This document shows, one piece after another, positions 12,961 to 26,459 of a stretch of DNA of 64,000 nucleotides (position 1 is its first letter; every line of letters begins with the position of its first letter). Both the position numbers and the translations under genes were made by a program. The stretch comes from Octopus sinensis (taxonomy: Eukaryota). Below the pieces are notes generated by a model, which worked only from the letters and a program-made list of their open reading frames with translations, did no database searches and was not told the DNA's origin. Location: positions 51,100,464 through 51,164,463 of the forward strand of contig NC_043011.1 in NCBI RefSeq assembly GCF_006345805.1, read 5' to 3'.

Positions 12961-13020
12961 TAATATATATATTATATATATGTATGTATGTGTATATGTA
13001 TGTATGCCTGTATATATGTG
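12660..13020. repeat. (TA)n-rich microsatellite with internal duplication
   Basis: catttgtgcagatg block occurs twice. Confidence 0.9.
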
Positions 13021-13407
13021 AGATAATAGTTTCACTTTAATAGTTTCAGTATTAAAGTGAAACTATTAAAGTGCAAGTATCTGACATTACAATAGAGAGA
13101 TGTTATTGTTTCACTTTTGACACATAATACTGAAATAGTGGAGAAGATATGATATTGCTGTGGGCTCGCACTAGGCAAGAAGTTAAAAATTTGTTTGGCC
13201 TATGACACTACATAGACCCTAAGTAAGGCATGTGTAAAATTTAAATGAAATTGGTTGTGTAGTTCTCAAGTTGTAGGGATTCACACAGACACACAGACAG
13301 ACTCACAGATAGCCAGACAGACTCACAGACAGCCAGACAGACTCAGAGACAGCCAGACAGACTCACAGACAGACAGACAGACTGACAGTCAGACACACAT
13401 TCTCATC

Positions 13408-13445
<38 letters not shown>

Positions 13446-14587
13446 TATATATATATCATGGTTTCTGTGTAGGTGGATTGGATGCAACAGAAAATTTAAA
13501 TAGTGTGGTACCTATATATAATAATAATAATGAAATTATTGTATACAGTGCTCAGGTGCACCACAACTTGTCAGAAAGTGCGTATAGAGTATATGCAGTA
13601 ATGTACAAATGTCTGGAAAGCGAACAATGTATGAGTCAGATACATGCTTGTGTGTGTATGGAGGGGAGAAAATCAGGTGTAGTGTTGGCGAATCTCAGAA
13701 AGCATGGAAGTTTTGAAGGATGCAGTGCTCCGACAACTAACAACTTTGCAGACTTGATAAAAGAGTAATTTCTATGACTCCATGGTACCTCTATACAACT
13801 AGGTGTACTTGGTACATAAATGATTTCTCTAACTCCATGCTACCACTGGTGGGTTGCGAACAGAGAGAAATAGCAGCACCTAATGACTTCAGCCTTCACA
13901 CAGCATCAGAAAATGATGCCAGGTAAGCAAAAGGAAGGTAGACAGGACAACTTCTCATGTTGCTACTGTAAGAAGGGAAAAGATATTGAGTTATCTTCCT
14001 TAAACGTGGAGCTTGGTCTGTAAACTTTCAATAGAGTAGGCATTTAAGGATCAGGTTTTTGGGGGTTAAAACCAGGTAACTGGTCAAGTCTGCCCTCATA
14101 GTAAGTTTAGTAGTAATTCAGCTGCATGTTAGCTCTAACTGAGTAGACCTATGATCAGAGGCATTCCAGCCATGACCATCTCTGTTTGTATATATTGGCA
14201 TAGATTGTCTACTATTCCCAAGAACAACATTAATAATTGCATAATTGACTATATATTCATACTCACTTCAAACTTGTATTTCTGTACTTTTGTTAAAAAA
14301 ATTTTTATTTTCGTTATTGTCATCAATTTTGTTATGACTATCATCATCATCACCATTATCGTTGTCCTCCTCCTCCTATCATTGTCATCAACATCAGTGA
14401 CATCATCAATGTCATCATCATTAACATTATCATTATCATCATAGTCCCTCCTCCTTATTGTCATCAACATCACTGGTAACATCATCATCCTCATCATCAT
14501 TGTTATTATTATCATCATCATGATCTTAATGTTAACCACCATCACCACCACCACCATCATTAATCCTTGTTGGTCTTTCTATTTCAG

Positions 14588-14712
14588 TACAATATCTTGG
14601 AACCTCATTGCCAGTTACTACTCCACTTTACCGTTCAACCGTTGTGGACTGATGACCGCATATGAACCATGGAGTGGTCATTATGAAGTCAATTCACCAA
14701 TTTGGGTGACTG
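14588..14712 (+). CDS. GALC: GALC exon (125 nt)
   Basis: tttcag/gtaaat; [41 protein letters not shown]; phase 2/1. Confidence 0.96.
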
Positions 14713-14750
14713 GTAAATATTTCTCTTCTATATTTTTTAGCATGTAACTG

Positions 14751-14905
14751 CTGGTCACTGCTGGTCAGTATTGGTTTCTGTTGGTCAGCGTTAATCATTG
14801 CTGGTCAGTGTTAATCTGTCTTGGTCAATGTTGGCCACTGCTGGTTAGTGTAGGTCAGCATTGATCACTGTTAGTCAGTGTTGGACACTTCTGGTCAATG
14901 TTGGC
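14751..14905. repeat. 10-bp minisatellite
   Basis: ~15 degenerate units of ytggtcagtg. Confidence 0.85.
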
Positions 14906-15819
14906 TTGAATTGATAGATTAGATGTCTTTGGTCATTGCTAGATAAAGCTTCATGTTTGAAATAGTAGCCAAATCTCTTTTGTGTCAACCTTACTCTCTT
15001 AAGAAAGAAACGACAGATTTGATGATCAATACAATAAGTCTGAATAAATAAAAAGTGGGATGGTCATGGCTGGAACACCTTTGATCATAAGCCTGCTACT
15101 GGATCAATGTTGAGCTAGGGCTTCATGACACCAACAAAACCAGCATTGCTACCAATGTCCTCACTCTGCTAGAAATAATAGCTAAATTTATTCAGATTTC
15201 ACTTTACTGGCTTAAAGAAGAACACACTGGATAGTGTTAAGGTACTCTGTGCTCCAAAAAAGTATCAAGGTGGTCATGGATGGAATATCTTTCATCATTT
15301 GTCTGCCTTATGAAACAGTAGACCTAGAATTTGAGTACTATTTTTTCCTACATTGTCTCACATTTATGTGCTTACTTTGGTATATATATATATATATACA
15401 AGTGATGTTGATGACAATAATAACAATGATAATAGGTTTAAAAACACCAGTTGAAAGGACCAATGAAAAGAAAACAATTTCAAATGTGGTCAGTAGATAG
15501 TTTGGTAGTAAGACATAGATCATTACTATTTGAGTTCTGGCTGCGTGTGGCAAAGTAACGAAATTTCTTGTACAAAAGAAGGAAGGAAATAAATCTACAA
15601 ATTGCTGCATTAAAATATGTTTAATATTCTTTGAATTACAAAGTTTAGTTACTTAAATTAAATATTACAAAATATGAAAATTTTATAAATAGAATTAGAT
15701 AGTCTTTGTAGGAAAAGCAGAAATGTAATAACAGAGAAGAAAAGAATATGATACAGCGACAATTTGACTGGCTCTAAGCGGAGAATGGCTAAGAGCAAAT
15801 CTCTGGCTTTGCGAGCTAA

Positions 15820-15882
15820 TTTTATAAGTAGAATGCTGGAGTTTTCCAGAACATTCTAGAAGCTCAAATTCTAGAAGCTTTC
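15820..15882 (-). promoter_or_regulatory. Heat-shock elements plus TATA box, probably in a solo-LTR-like remnant (~15546-15969)
   Basis: TTCcaGAAcaTTCtaGAA at 15844-15861 and TTCtaGAA at 15869-15876; minus-strand TATAAAA at 15826-15820. Confidence 0.5.
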
Positions 15883-16473
15883 AAATATGCATGTAATAAT
15901 TAGTTACAATCAAGGGAGCTCACTCACTGAATTTTCCTGCGAAGGGAGCTAATTCTACGATTTACTATAAAATTCTTTTCTAGTTTAGAGGTATAAGGCC
16001 CCGAAATTTTGGGGGAGGGGGCCAATCGATTAGATCGACCTCAGTACACAACTTGTGCTTAATTTATCGTCCCCGAAAGGATGAAAGCCATAGTTGACCT
16101 CGGCAGAATTTGAACTTAGAACGTAAAGACAGACGAAATACCTATTTCTTTACTACCCACAAGGGGCTAAACACAAATGGGACAAACAAGGACAGACGAA
16201 CGGATTAAGTCGATTACATCGACCCCAGTGCGTAACTGGTGCTTAATTTATCGACCCCGAAAGGATGAAAGGCAAAGTCGACCTCGGCGGAATGTGAACT
16301 CAGAACGCAGCCGCAGACGAAATACCGCAAAGCTTTTTGCCCGGCGTGCTAACAATTCTGCCAGCTTGCCACCTTGATTTACTACAATATTACTGTACCT
16401 CTGGTATTCGAGTACTATTTTTTCCTACCTTGTCTCACATTTATGTGCTTACTTTGGTATATATATATATACA

Positions 16474-18200
16474 CACCAAGGTTCAGTCCTCAGCCCCCTC
16501 CTATTTATCATAGTCCTCCAGGCAATAACAGAGGAATTCAAGACTGGATGCCTCTGGGAGATCCTCTATACTGATGACCTTGCTCTAATTGCTGAGTCAC
16601 TATCAGAACTGGAGGAGAAGTTTCAGGTGTGGAAGTAAGGATTAGAATCGAAGGGCCTTAGAGTCAACCTAGCTAAAACAAAATTCCTAATAAGTAGGAA
16701 GGTAGACAAACCACAAACACCTTCAGGTAGATGGCCCTGCTCGATCTGTAGAAAAGGCGTAGGTAGAAACTTTATAAGATGTACCCAGTGTAAGTTATGG
16801 ACACATAAGAGGTGCAGCAATGTCAAAGGAAGGCCAACTGGGAAGATAGTTTTTGTATGTGGCAGATGCTCAGGAGCAACAAACACTGAAAATCTACAGA
16901 AAACAACTTCCGTCACTTTCTAGGGAGAAAAACTAGAAGTAGTTGATAGCTTCCATTACCTAGGTGACCAAGTCAGTATCGGGGGCGGGAGTGCTGGAAG
17001 TGTAACTGCTAGAGTAAGAATAGCCTGGGCAAAGTTCAGAGAGCTTTTACCTCTGCTGGTGACAAAAGGTCTTTCACTCAGAGTAAAAGGCAGACTGTAT
17101 GACGCATGTGTACGAACAGCCATGCTACATGGCAATGAAACATGGGCCGTGACTGCTGAGGACATGCCTAAACTCACGAAAAATGAAGCCAGTATGCTCC
17201 GATGGATGTGTAATGTCAGTGTACATACTTAACAGAGTGTAAGTACCTTGAGAGAAAAGTTGGATCTAAGAAGCATCAGCTGTGGTGTGCAAGAGAGATG
17301 ATTGCGCTGGTATGGTCATGTGGCGAGAATGGATGAAGATAGGTGTGTGAAAAAGTGCCAATCCCTAGCGGTTGAGGGAACCTGTGGAAGAGGTAGACCC
17401 AGGAAAACCTGGGACAAGGTGGTGAAGCACGACCTTCGAACATTAGGCCTCACCGAGGCAATGACTAGTGACTGAGACCTTTGGAAATATGCTGTGCATG
17501 AGAAGACCCAGCAGGATAAGTGAGATCATAACCCGTGGCTTTGCCAGGGATGTAGCCAGCCCACTTATGCATGCCTTTCCTTCTTTGGACATGCGAAGAC
17601 CTGTTGAGGCAAGTGAAGTCAAAATTGAATTTGAAATCAAACCTCATCTGACGACTGGCACCCATGCCAACCTCCTTTCATTGTACACTAAAATTTGCTT
17701 GCGAAGACCTGTTGGGGCAAGTGAAATCGGAATCGAAATTGAACCAATTCTATGACTGGCACCCAGCAGTTGCCAGTGCCGCTGGACTGACTCCTGTGCA
17801 GGTGGCAAGTAAAGAAAAACCGTTTTGACCCTGTGCTTGAGTCAAGTACATCAACATCAAAAATCAATGGAAATTGTAGTTGTGATCCCTGTGCCTGTGA
17901 CATGTAAAAAGCACCATCCAAACATGGCCGATGCCAGCGCTGCCTTGACTGGCTTCCATGCCGGTGGCACGTAAAAAGCACCAACCGATTGTGGCCGTTG
18001 CCAACCTCGTCTGGCACCTGTGCCGGTGGCACGTAAAAAGCCCCCACTACACTCACGGAGTGGTTGGCATTAGGAAGGGCATCCAGCTGTAGAAACAGTC
18101 AGATCAGATTGAAGCCTGGTGCAGCCTTCTGGCTTCTCAGACATCAGTCGAACCATCCAACCCATGCTAGCATGGAAAGCGGACGTTGATGATGATGATA
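16474..18200 (+). mobile_element. 5'-truncated RTE-clade LINE; RT pseudo-ORF 16474-17523 with PHD insert, long 3' UTR, (GAT)n tail
   Basis: HQGSVLSPLLF, LYTDDL, FHYLGD, LRWYGHVARM and GRGRPRKTW in one frame with ~5 stop codons. Confidence 0.92.
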
Positions 18201-18386
18201 CATACATACATACATACATGCATGCATTTATTCACTCATACTACACAAATTACAGCACATTAACTTGGAGTTTCCACTTTGAATAGGTCGCTACATCATT
18301 GTTACTTGCGTGAATTTTGCTACCCTGGTAACTGTTTATTGAATTTTCCATGTTGACACAGTAGACAAAAGATAATTCATTAATCC

Positions 18387-18423
<37 letters not shown>

Positions 18424-18477
18424 CACATACGTATATTTGTACATATACATACATATGTACATATGTGTGTGTATGTA

Positions 18478-18521
<44 letters not shown>

Positions 18522-18559
18522 CACACGCATACATACATATGTGTATGTGTATATATGAT

Positions 18560-18685
18560 GATTGCCATTTCTGTATGGAAGAAGGCCATCCCTTCAATTG
18601 ATAAATACTGTCATGAGATCTCACATGACTAGCAAGTCCTGCTCTTGACAAACAAACTCTACTGCGGATCTTACAAATATTTTTA
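18560..18685 (-). mobile_element. RTE/BovB-type LINE 3' end with C2H2 remnant
   Basis: [23 protein letters not shown]. Confidence 0.6.
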
Positions 18686-19871
18686 AACAGAAAAGTGTCT
18701 GAGTCGATAGAGAGGGGGGGAGGGAGAGATTAGAGAGAGTTGATAGATAAAAAGACAGAGAGTCAAGAGGCAGAGTGAATAGATAGGTTGATGAATGGGT
18801 TGATGGTTGGGGTGGATGGACAGGTGGGTAGATTTTAATGGATGGATGGGTGTGTGTGTGTGTGTGTGTATTCTTTCTTTTCTTGTTTCAGTCATTTAAC
18901 TGCGGTCATGCTGGAGCACCGCCTTTAGTCGAGCAAATCGACCCCAGGACTTATTCTTTGGAAGCCTAGTACTCATTCTATCAGTCTCTTTTGCCGAACC
19001 ATTAAGTTACAGGACGTAAACACACCAGCATCGGTTGTCCAGCAATGTTGGGGGGACAAACACAGACACACAAACATGTACACACATGCATATATATATA
19101 TATATATATTCAACAATATAAGGAATGGCCATATAGGACATTCGACTCACTAGAAAGAGCAGCCAAAACTCACACCGCTAAATAGTTGTAATTCTGAAAT
19201 AGAAAGAGAAATAAAAACGTTTACCCCTTTCATCTCTATATATATACGTATATACGATGGGCTTCTTTCAGTTTCCATCTACCAAATCCACTCACAATTC
19301 TTTGGTCAGCCCGAGGCTATAGTAGAAGACACTTGCCCATGGTTCCATGCAATGGGAATGAACCCGGAACCATGTGGTTGGTAAACAAGCTACTTACCAC
19401 ACAGCCACTCCTGTGTCTATATATATATATAATATATATATATTTTATATATTTATATTTATATACGTATATATGTTTATATATATTTGTGTATGTGTAT
19501 TTGTGTATAACATAGTATTTGCCTGTCCCCCTCCCCCCACACACACTGTGCTCACAACGGGTCTTTGTTTGTTTACATCCTTGTAACGTAGCAGTTCTGT
19601 AAAAGAGACTAATAGAATAAGTACCAAACTTTAAACCAAACAAGTACTAGAGTCAGCTTGTTCATCTAAACCTGTCAAGGTGATACCCCAGCATGGTTGC
19701 AATGACTAGAATAAGTAAAAGATAGCGTATTGTTGACCTAAAGGATGAAAGGCAAAGTTGAACCCCAAAGATATAACTGGAAGAAATACTGCTAAGCATT
19801 TTGCCCTTGACAACAACAATGCTAATAATGACATCAATAACAGCCATGTTCTTTTATTTTATCTCTTGTAG

Positions 19872-20011
19872 CACACACAACACATTTTGCTGGTATTGGA
19901 TGGAAATATTTAAAACATGACAGTGGTGTTGGCAAATTCAAAAAAGGTGGGAGTTATGTATCTCTAGTGAGTCCTAGTAACAAGGATTTGACTATCGTCA
20001 TTGAGACTATG
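19872..20011 (+). CDS. GALC: GALC exon (140 nt)
   Basis: ttgtag/gtaagc; (A)[46 protein letters not shown]; phase 1/0. Confidence 0.95.
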
Positions 20012-20577
20012 GTAAGCACTGTTGTCTTCTATTTCTTATATTATCATTAGCATATTTATCAATATATTAACCTTTAAAATGTTTAATTAGAAATAATTAT
20101 GTGATGAAAGAATAAAATAGAAAGATGATAGATAGATAAATAATACATACACACCATCCGAATGTGGCCGTAGCCAGCGCCGCCCGACTGGCCTCCGTGC
20201 CGGTGGCATGTAAAAAGCACCATCCGACTGTGGCCGTTTGCCAGCCTTGTCTGGCACCTGTGCCGGTGGCACGTAAAAAGCACCCACTACACTCATGGAG
20301 TGGTTGGCGTTAGGAAGGGCATCCAGCTGTAGAAACATTGCCAGATCAGACTGGGCCTGGTGCAGCCTTCTGGCTTCCCAGACCCCAGTTGAACCGTCCA
20401 ACCCATGCCAGCATGGAAAGCAGACGTTAAATGATGATGATGATGATGATAGTAGTTAGATAGATAGGAGGTAGGGAAATAGGAAAGTAGGTGAGTAGAC
20501 ATGTAGGTAGATAAAAAAAGTAGGTAGGTATATAGGGTGGGAGGACGGTAGAGTTCATAAATAAATTGATAAATATA

Positions 20578-20744
20578 TAGGCGCAGGAGTGGCTGTGTGG
20601 TAAGTAGCTTGCTTACCAACCACATGGTTCTGGGTTCATTCCCACTGCGTGGAACCTTGGACAAGTGTCTTCTATTATAGCCTTGGGCCGACCAAAGCCT
20701 TGTGAGTGGATTTGGTAGACGGAAACTGAAAGAAGTCCATCGTA

Positions 20745-20783
<39 letters not shown>

Positions 20784-20998
20784 GTGTGTATATATTTGTG
20801 TGTCTGTGTTTGTCCCTACAACATCGCTTGACAACCGATGGTGGTGTGTTTACGTCCCCGTAACTTAGCGGTTCGGCAAAAGAGACCGATAGAACAAGTA
20901 CTAGGCTTCCAAAGAATAAGTCCTGGGGTCAATTTGCTCGACTAAATGCAGTGCTCCAGCATGGCTGCAGTCAAATGATTGAAACAAGTAAAAGAGAT
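20578..20998 (+). mobile_element. SINE family B (aggcgcaggagtggctgtgtggtaag head, internal TA tract)
   Basis: Full copy; reverse copies at 18870-19415, 21305-21732, 27270-27660, 44150-44550, plus many fragments. Confidence 0.85.
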
Positions 20999-21304
20999 AT
21001 AGGCACAGAGAGAGAAAAAGTCAGTAAATAGTGAGAGAGAGAAAGAGAGAGAGAGAGAGAGTGCTGATAGAGTCAATAGAGAGAGAGGGAGAGATAAGAG
21101 AGAGTTAATAGATAACAAAGAGAGAGAGAGAGAGTCAAGAGGTAGAATCAATAGATAGGTTGATGAATGGATTGATGGATGGGGTGGCTGGACAAGTGAG
21201 TAGGTTTGAGTGGATGGATGGGTTGTTAACATATCTAGTGTTAGGTTTCTTTAAAAGCTAACTGGAAATAATTACACAGTGGGAAAATAAACAATATTGT
21301 TAAT

Positions 21305-21518
21305 ACTCTTTTACTCTTTTACTTGTTTCAGTCATTTGACTGCGGCCATGCTGGAGCACCGCCTTTAGTCGAGCAAATCGACCCCGGGACTTATTCTTTG
21401 TAAGCCCAGTACTTATTCTATCGGTCTCTTTTGCCGAATCGCTAAGTGACGGGGACGTAAACACACCAGCATAGGTTGTCAAGCAATGCTAGGGGGACAA
21501 ACACAGACACATAAACAC

Positions 21519-21558
<40 letters not shown>

Positions 21559-21732
21559 ATATATACAACAGGCTTCTTTCAGTTTCCGTCTACCAAATCC
21601 ACTCACAAGGCATTGGTCAGCCCGGGGCTATGGCAGAAGACACTTACCCAAGATGCCACGCAGTGGGACTGAACCCAGAACCATGTGGTTGGTTAGCAAG
21701 CTACTTACCACACAGCCACTCCTACGCCTATG
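21305..21732 (-). mobile_element. SINE family B
   Basis: Reverse complement of 20578-20998. Confidence 0.85.
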
Positions 21733-22609
21733 ACTAATATTATTTCAATAATTTTTGGCAAGTATGGCAGACAGCTCCAGAGATGTTTCAGTTTTATAAT
21801 GACCTCATCCTAAAACTATATTCTTCACCATACATTCCAAAATAGGGATGAGAGAAGTCCTAAGTAAATGTACAATATTGTACACTAGTAGCTGTGGTCA
21901 AATAGGGAAAGGACAGCCTGATCTTTGTTTGCAAGCACAGGACAACAATGGACATGTTCCAGATAGTTAAGACTTTGTCAACATAACAGTGGGTTCATGA
22001 AAAAAGCTTCTAGATTTCGGCAAGGTAAAGAGTTTTTTTAAAATAAAATTTAATGTAAAGTTTATTATATAAAAATAACGGTATTCACCATTTTCAAAGT
22101 AATAAGTTTTATGTTTTTAATTTTATGCAAATAAATTTTCTTTTTAAAACATTTTTTTTTGTTTCATTTGATGTCGACGATGATGATGACAACAATGACC
22201 ATCACTGCCACCACCACCACCACCACCTTGTAGTGTACTGTGCCAAACTATGTACCCACCTATTGACCCATACATCTACCAACTTAGTTTGCCACCTACC
22301 TACCTATATATCTATCCACTAGCTAGCTGCATACTTACTCACCTATCTATCCATCTGTCTATGTACCTATATACCTATTTCTTTATTACCCACAAGGGGC
22401 TAAACACAGAGGGGACAAACAAGGACAGACATAGGTATTAAGTCGATTACATCGACCCCAGTGCATAACTGGTACTTAATTTATCGACCCTGAAAGGATG
22501 AAAGGCAAAGTCGACCTTGGCGGAATTTGAACTCACAACGTAACGGCAGACGAAATACCGCTAAGCATTTCGCCCAGCATGCTAACGTTTCTGCCAGCTC
22601 GCCGCCTTG

Positions 22610-23120
22610 TATCTATATACCTGCCTGTATATCTACCTACCTCCTGCCCACCTACCAGCTTACATATCTACTTGCCTACCTACTTTCATTCCAATATACC
22701 TACTCACTATCTAGCTACACACCTACCCACCCACATACCTGCCTGTTTCCCTCCTTCCCTCCCTAAATACCTACCTATTTCCCTCCTTCCCTCCCTCCCT
22801 CCCTACCTACCTACATACCTATATCTACCTACCTACTTACCTACCTACATACCTATACCTACCTACCTACTTACCTACCTACATACCTGTACCTACCTAC
22901 CAACATACCTACATACCTATACCTACCTACCACCATACCTACATACCTATACCTACCTACCTACGTACCTGCCTACCTCCTACCTACCTACCTAACTACC
23001 TACCTACCTACCTACCAACATACCTACATACCTATACCTACCTACCTACCTACTTGCCTACCTACCCACCTACATACCTACCTACCTACCTACCTGCCCA
23101 CCTACCTACCTAACTACATA
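22610..23120. repeat. (TACC)n-based degenerate microsatellite
   Basis: Direct inspection. Confidence 0.9.
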
Positions 23121-23174
23121 TTAACTTACCATCATACATCTATGTACTACTGACCATGTTTGTTTCCATTACAG

Positions 23175-23264
23175 AGCCACAACCATTCCTACTGTATTCG
23201 ACCAGCCCTCCCTAAGTACACAGTGGAACCCCAGGATGTGACCATTCAACTGGACAGTTCATTT
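23175..23264 (+). CDS. GALC: GALC exon (90 nt)
   Basis: ttacag/gtgagt; SHNHSYCIRPALPKYTVEPQDVTIQLDSSF with conserved CIRP; phase 0/0. Confidence 0.95.
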
Positions 23265-24653
23265 GTGAGTTGACTAGTTTTATCTGTGTATATACTTCAT
23301 AAATAACACTCAGCCAAACACAAGAATGAGTCTTCTACTATAGGCTGGCTGAAATCTTGTGAGTGGATTTGACAGATGGAACTGAAAGAAGCCCATCGTA
23401 TATATATATATATATATATATAATATAAATTAGAGAAAAACCACTATTATGCAATTCAAACAATGATAGACATGAACCAAATCATAAATAAAAAAATAAT
23501 ATTAGGGAGTTATACTCCCTAATATTATTACTATTATATATATATATATAATATATTATATATATGTATTGATTCAGTTGTTTGACTGTAGCCATGATGG
23601 AGCACCATCCTGAAGGATTTTAGTCAAACAAATTGACCTCAGGACTTATTTTTTAAGCCTAGTACTTATTCTATTGGTCACTTTTGTCAAATTGTTAAGT
23701 TATGGGGATGTAAACACAACACCAGTTGTCAAGCAGTGATAGGTGGGGTGGGGGTACAAATACGGACACACATAGATACACGTATATATATATATATATA
23801 TATATACATACACAGATATATATGTATACATATATATATCACGCAGTGAGACTGAACTTGGAACTATGTGGTTGGGAAACAAGTTTCTTATCATGCACCC
23901 GTGCCTGCACCTTTATATATATATATATTATTATATATATATAATATATTATATATATATATATAATACAAATAAGAAAATGGAGGAACAGATTTCTTTC
24001 AATCATCAAATTACATAATACCAATTCATATTATTTATTAACTACTTAAATAGGAACATCCAAATCCAACAGAATAAAACAGAATAAAACAATATACATC
24101 AATAAGTAAGATAATACCATAAAAATAATACATATAAAATGGATCTTACAGCTGTTTCAGCCTGTAGATAAAGGTATCTCATTGTGCCTATATTAGTCAT
24201 ATGTATTGAGGTAATATGCACTTAAAATGAGTTACTTATATATATATCTCAAGGCCTTAAAACAAGTGTCACTGTCATGCAATTAGTGTCCATCATTCCC
24301 AATACTCTGTTCGTTGGGAAATATTAACTTACAATGGGTCAGTCAGCTTAGCTGTAGGAGAGATTTCCTCACAGTTTCTGCCTACCAAATTCAGCTTATA
24401 ATGTATTGGGCAACTCAAGGCTATGTAGTGGGACCAAAACTGAAAAAAATGGCTAGAACAAGTAAGTGACAGACCACTCCACAGACAGGTGTATCCTTAA
24501 CGCATTTCTCTAGGAGATTCACTGTAAACACAGTGATGTCACCTGGCACACTGCCTCATGAAGATCACTGCTAGCTCTCAGTGTGCATGCAGCTGTGTGC
24601 AGCCATCTGTTGGCATACCACAGAACCAGTCTGGGAACCTTTTGATACCACCT

Positions 24654-24709
<56 letters not shown>

Positions 24710-25057
24710 CGGTGGCATGTAAAAAGCACCATCCGATCATGGCCATTTGCCAGCCCCGTCTGGCAGCTGTGCCAGTGGCACGTAAAAAGCACCCACTACA
24801 CTCACGGGGTGGTTGGCGTTAGGAAGGGCATCCAGCCGTAGAAACATTGCCAGATCAGACTGGGCCTGGTGCAGCCTTCTGGCTTCCCAGACTCAAGTTG
24901 AACCGTCCAACCCATGCTAGCATGGAAAGCGGACGCTAAATGATGATGATGATGATGATGATATATATATGTACACACACACATACATATATGATGACGA
25001 TGATAATATGTACATATAGGCATATATACATACATACATACATGCATACATATATAT

Positions 25058-25294
25058 ATTTTACATTATTTATTAATTATACAAAGGGGAACATCAAAAT
25101 CAAACAAAACATTATATAAATCAATATGTAATATAATAATAAAAATAATACAAATAAACTGCTCCTTACAGCTGAAACAGTTGTAAGGAGCAGTTTATTT
25201 GTATTATTTTTATTATTATATTACATATTGATTTATATAATGTTTTGTTTGATTTTGACGTTCCCATTTGTATAATCAATAAATAATGTAAAAT
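25058..25294. repeat. Near-perfect palindrome, ~117-bp arms
   Basis: Arms are reverse complements around aaa at 25175-25177. Confidence 0.92.
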
Positions 25295-25517
25295 TGTAAA
25301 GTCTGTAAGTTGATGAACGAGATGAATTTGTTTCTTCATTTTCTTATTTATATATGTATATATATATATATAATATATATATACATATATATATATATAT
25401 TATATATATATATATATATAATATATGTATATATATATATATACATACACGTTAAATGACGATGATGATGATGATGATGATGATATATAAACATATACAC
25501 ATAAATATTTTTTACAG

Positions 25518-25607
25518 AGCTTTGTCAAACAATTCTACATCTGGTTCAGTGAATTAAGCTTCACCCAGAAAGCATCTGTGCTGTTCCAACAGCAGAAACC
25601 AATTCCG
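25518..25607 (+). CDS. GALC: GALC exon (90 nt)
   Basis: ttacag/gtaagt; SFVKQFYIWFSELSFTQKASVLFQQQKPIP; phase 0/0; position and size fit the beta-sandwich exon. Confidence 0.85.
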
Positions 25608-26459
25608 GTAAGTTCTGAGACATTTTTCCTCATTATATAGCAAATTATCTGTCATCTTTTGGCTGCTGTTTATTTTCTTCTAGAGGCTTCTGCTGGTGTG
25701 TTTCTCTCTAATTTTGTAATTAGTTCAAAGTGGACTATCACCATCACTACTACTTCAATCGCTACCACCGCTTTCCTCTGTCACCTTTCTGTCTGGGTGC
25801 ACCAGACCTAACCAAGAACACCCACTCATTTCAAGAACCTGTGTCTCTTCCCTTGCTTTTTAAATTTTACTACTTAGTCAGAGAGGGATAGGGGAACAGT
25901 TTATGGATTTTTATTTTTTTAGGTTCTCCAAAACTGGTGAGTAGGAGGGAGCAAGTTATCCTCAAGCTGGAGAAATGACCTGAGCTTACAATAGAGTGAG
26001 CACTGCTAAAGGTACTCAGGAATCAATCAGTCGTGTTAAACAGGGCAATAGTTTCACTTGGTTTTACCAAAGAGCTCAATGGAAAGAGCCAGAACAAATA
26101 CTATAAGACATGTACAGTGACATGTCAAAGCGTCTGTGTGGCATCATGTAAAAGTGCCTGTGCAGTGCCACGTAAAAGCACCCACATGGTGCCACATAAA
26201 AGCACCGGTACGGTGCCACGTAAAAGCATTCAGCACACTCTGTAAAGTGGTTGACATAGGAAAGGCACCCAGATGTAGAAACCAAGCCAAAACAGGCTGG
26301 AGCCTGGTGCAACTCTCTGGCTTACCATTTCCAGTTAAACCATCTAACCCATGCCAGCATAGAAAATGGATGCTAACTGATGATGATGATGATGATGGTA
26401 ACCACTCTGTCAATTTGCTATTCCAACTATTGTCCTTCCTTCTAAACCCTTGTACTGTG

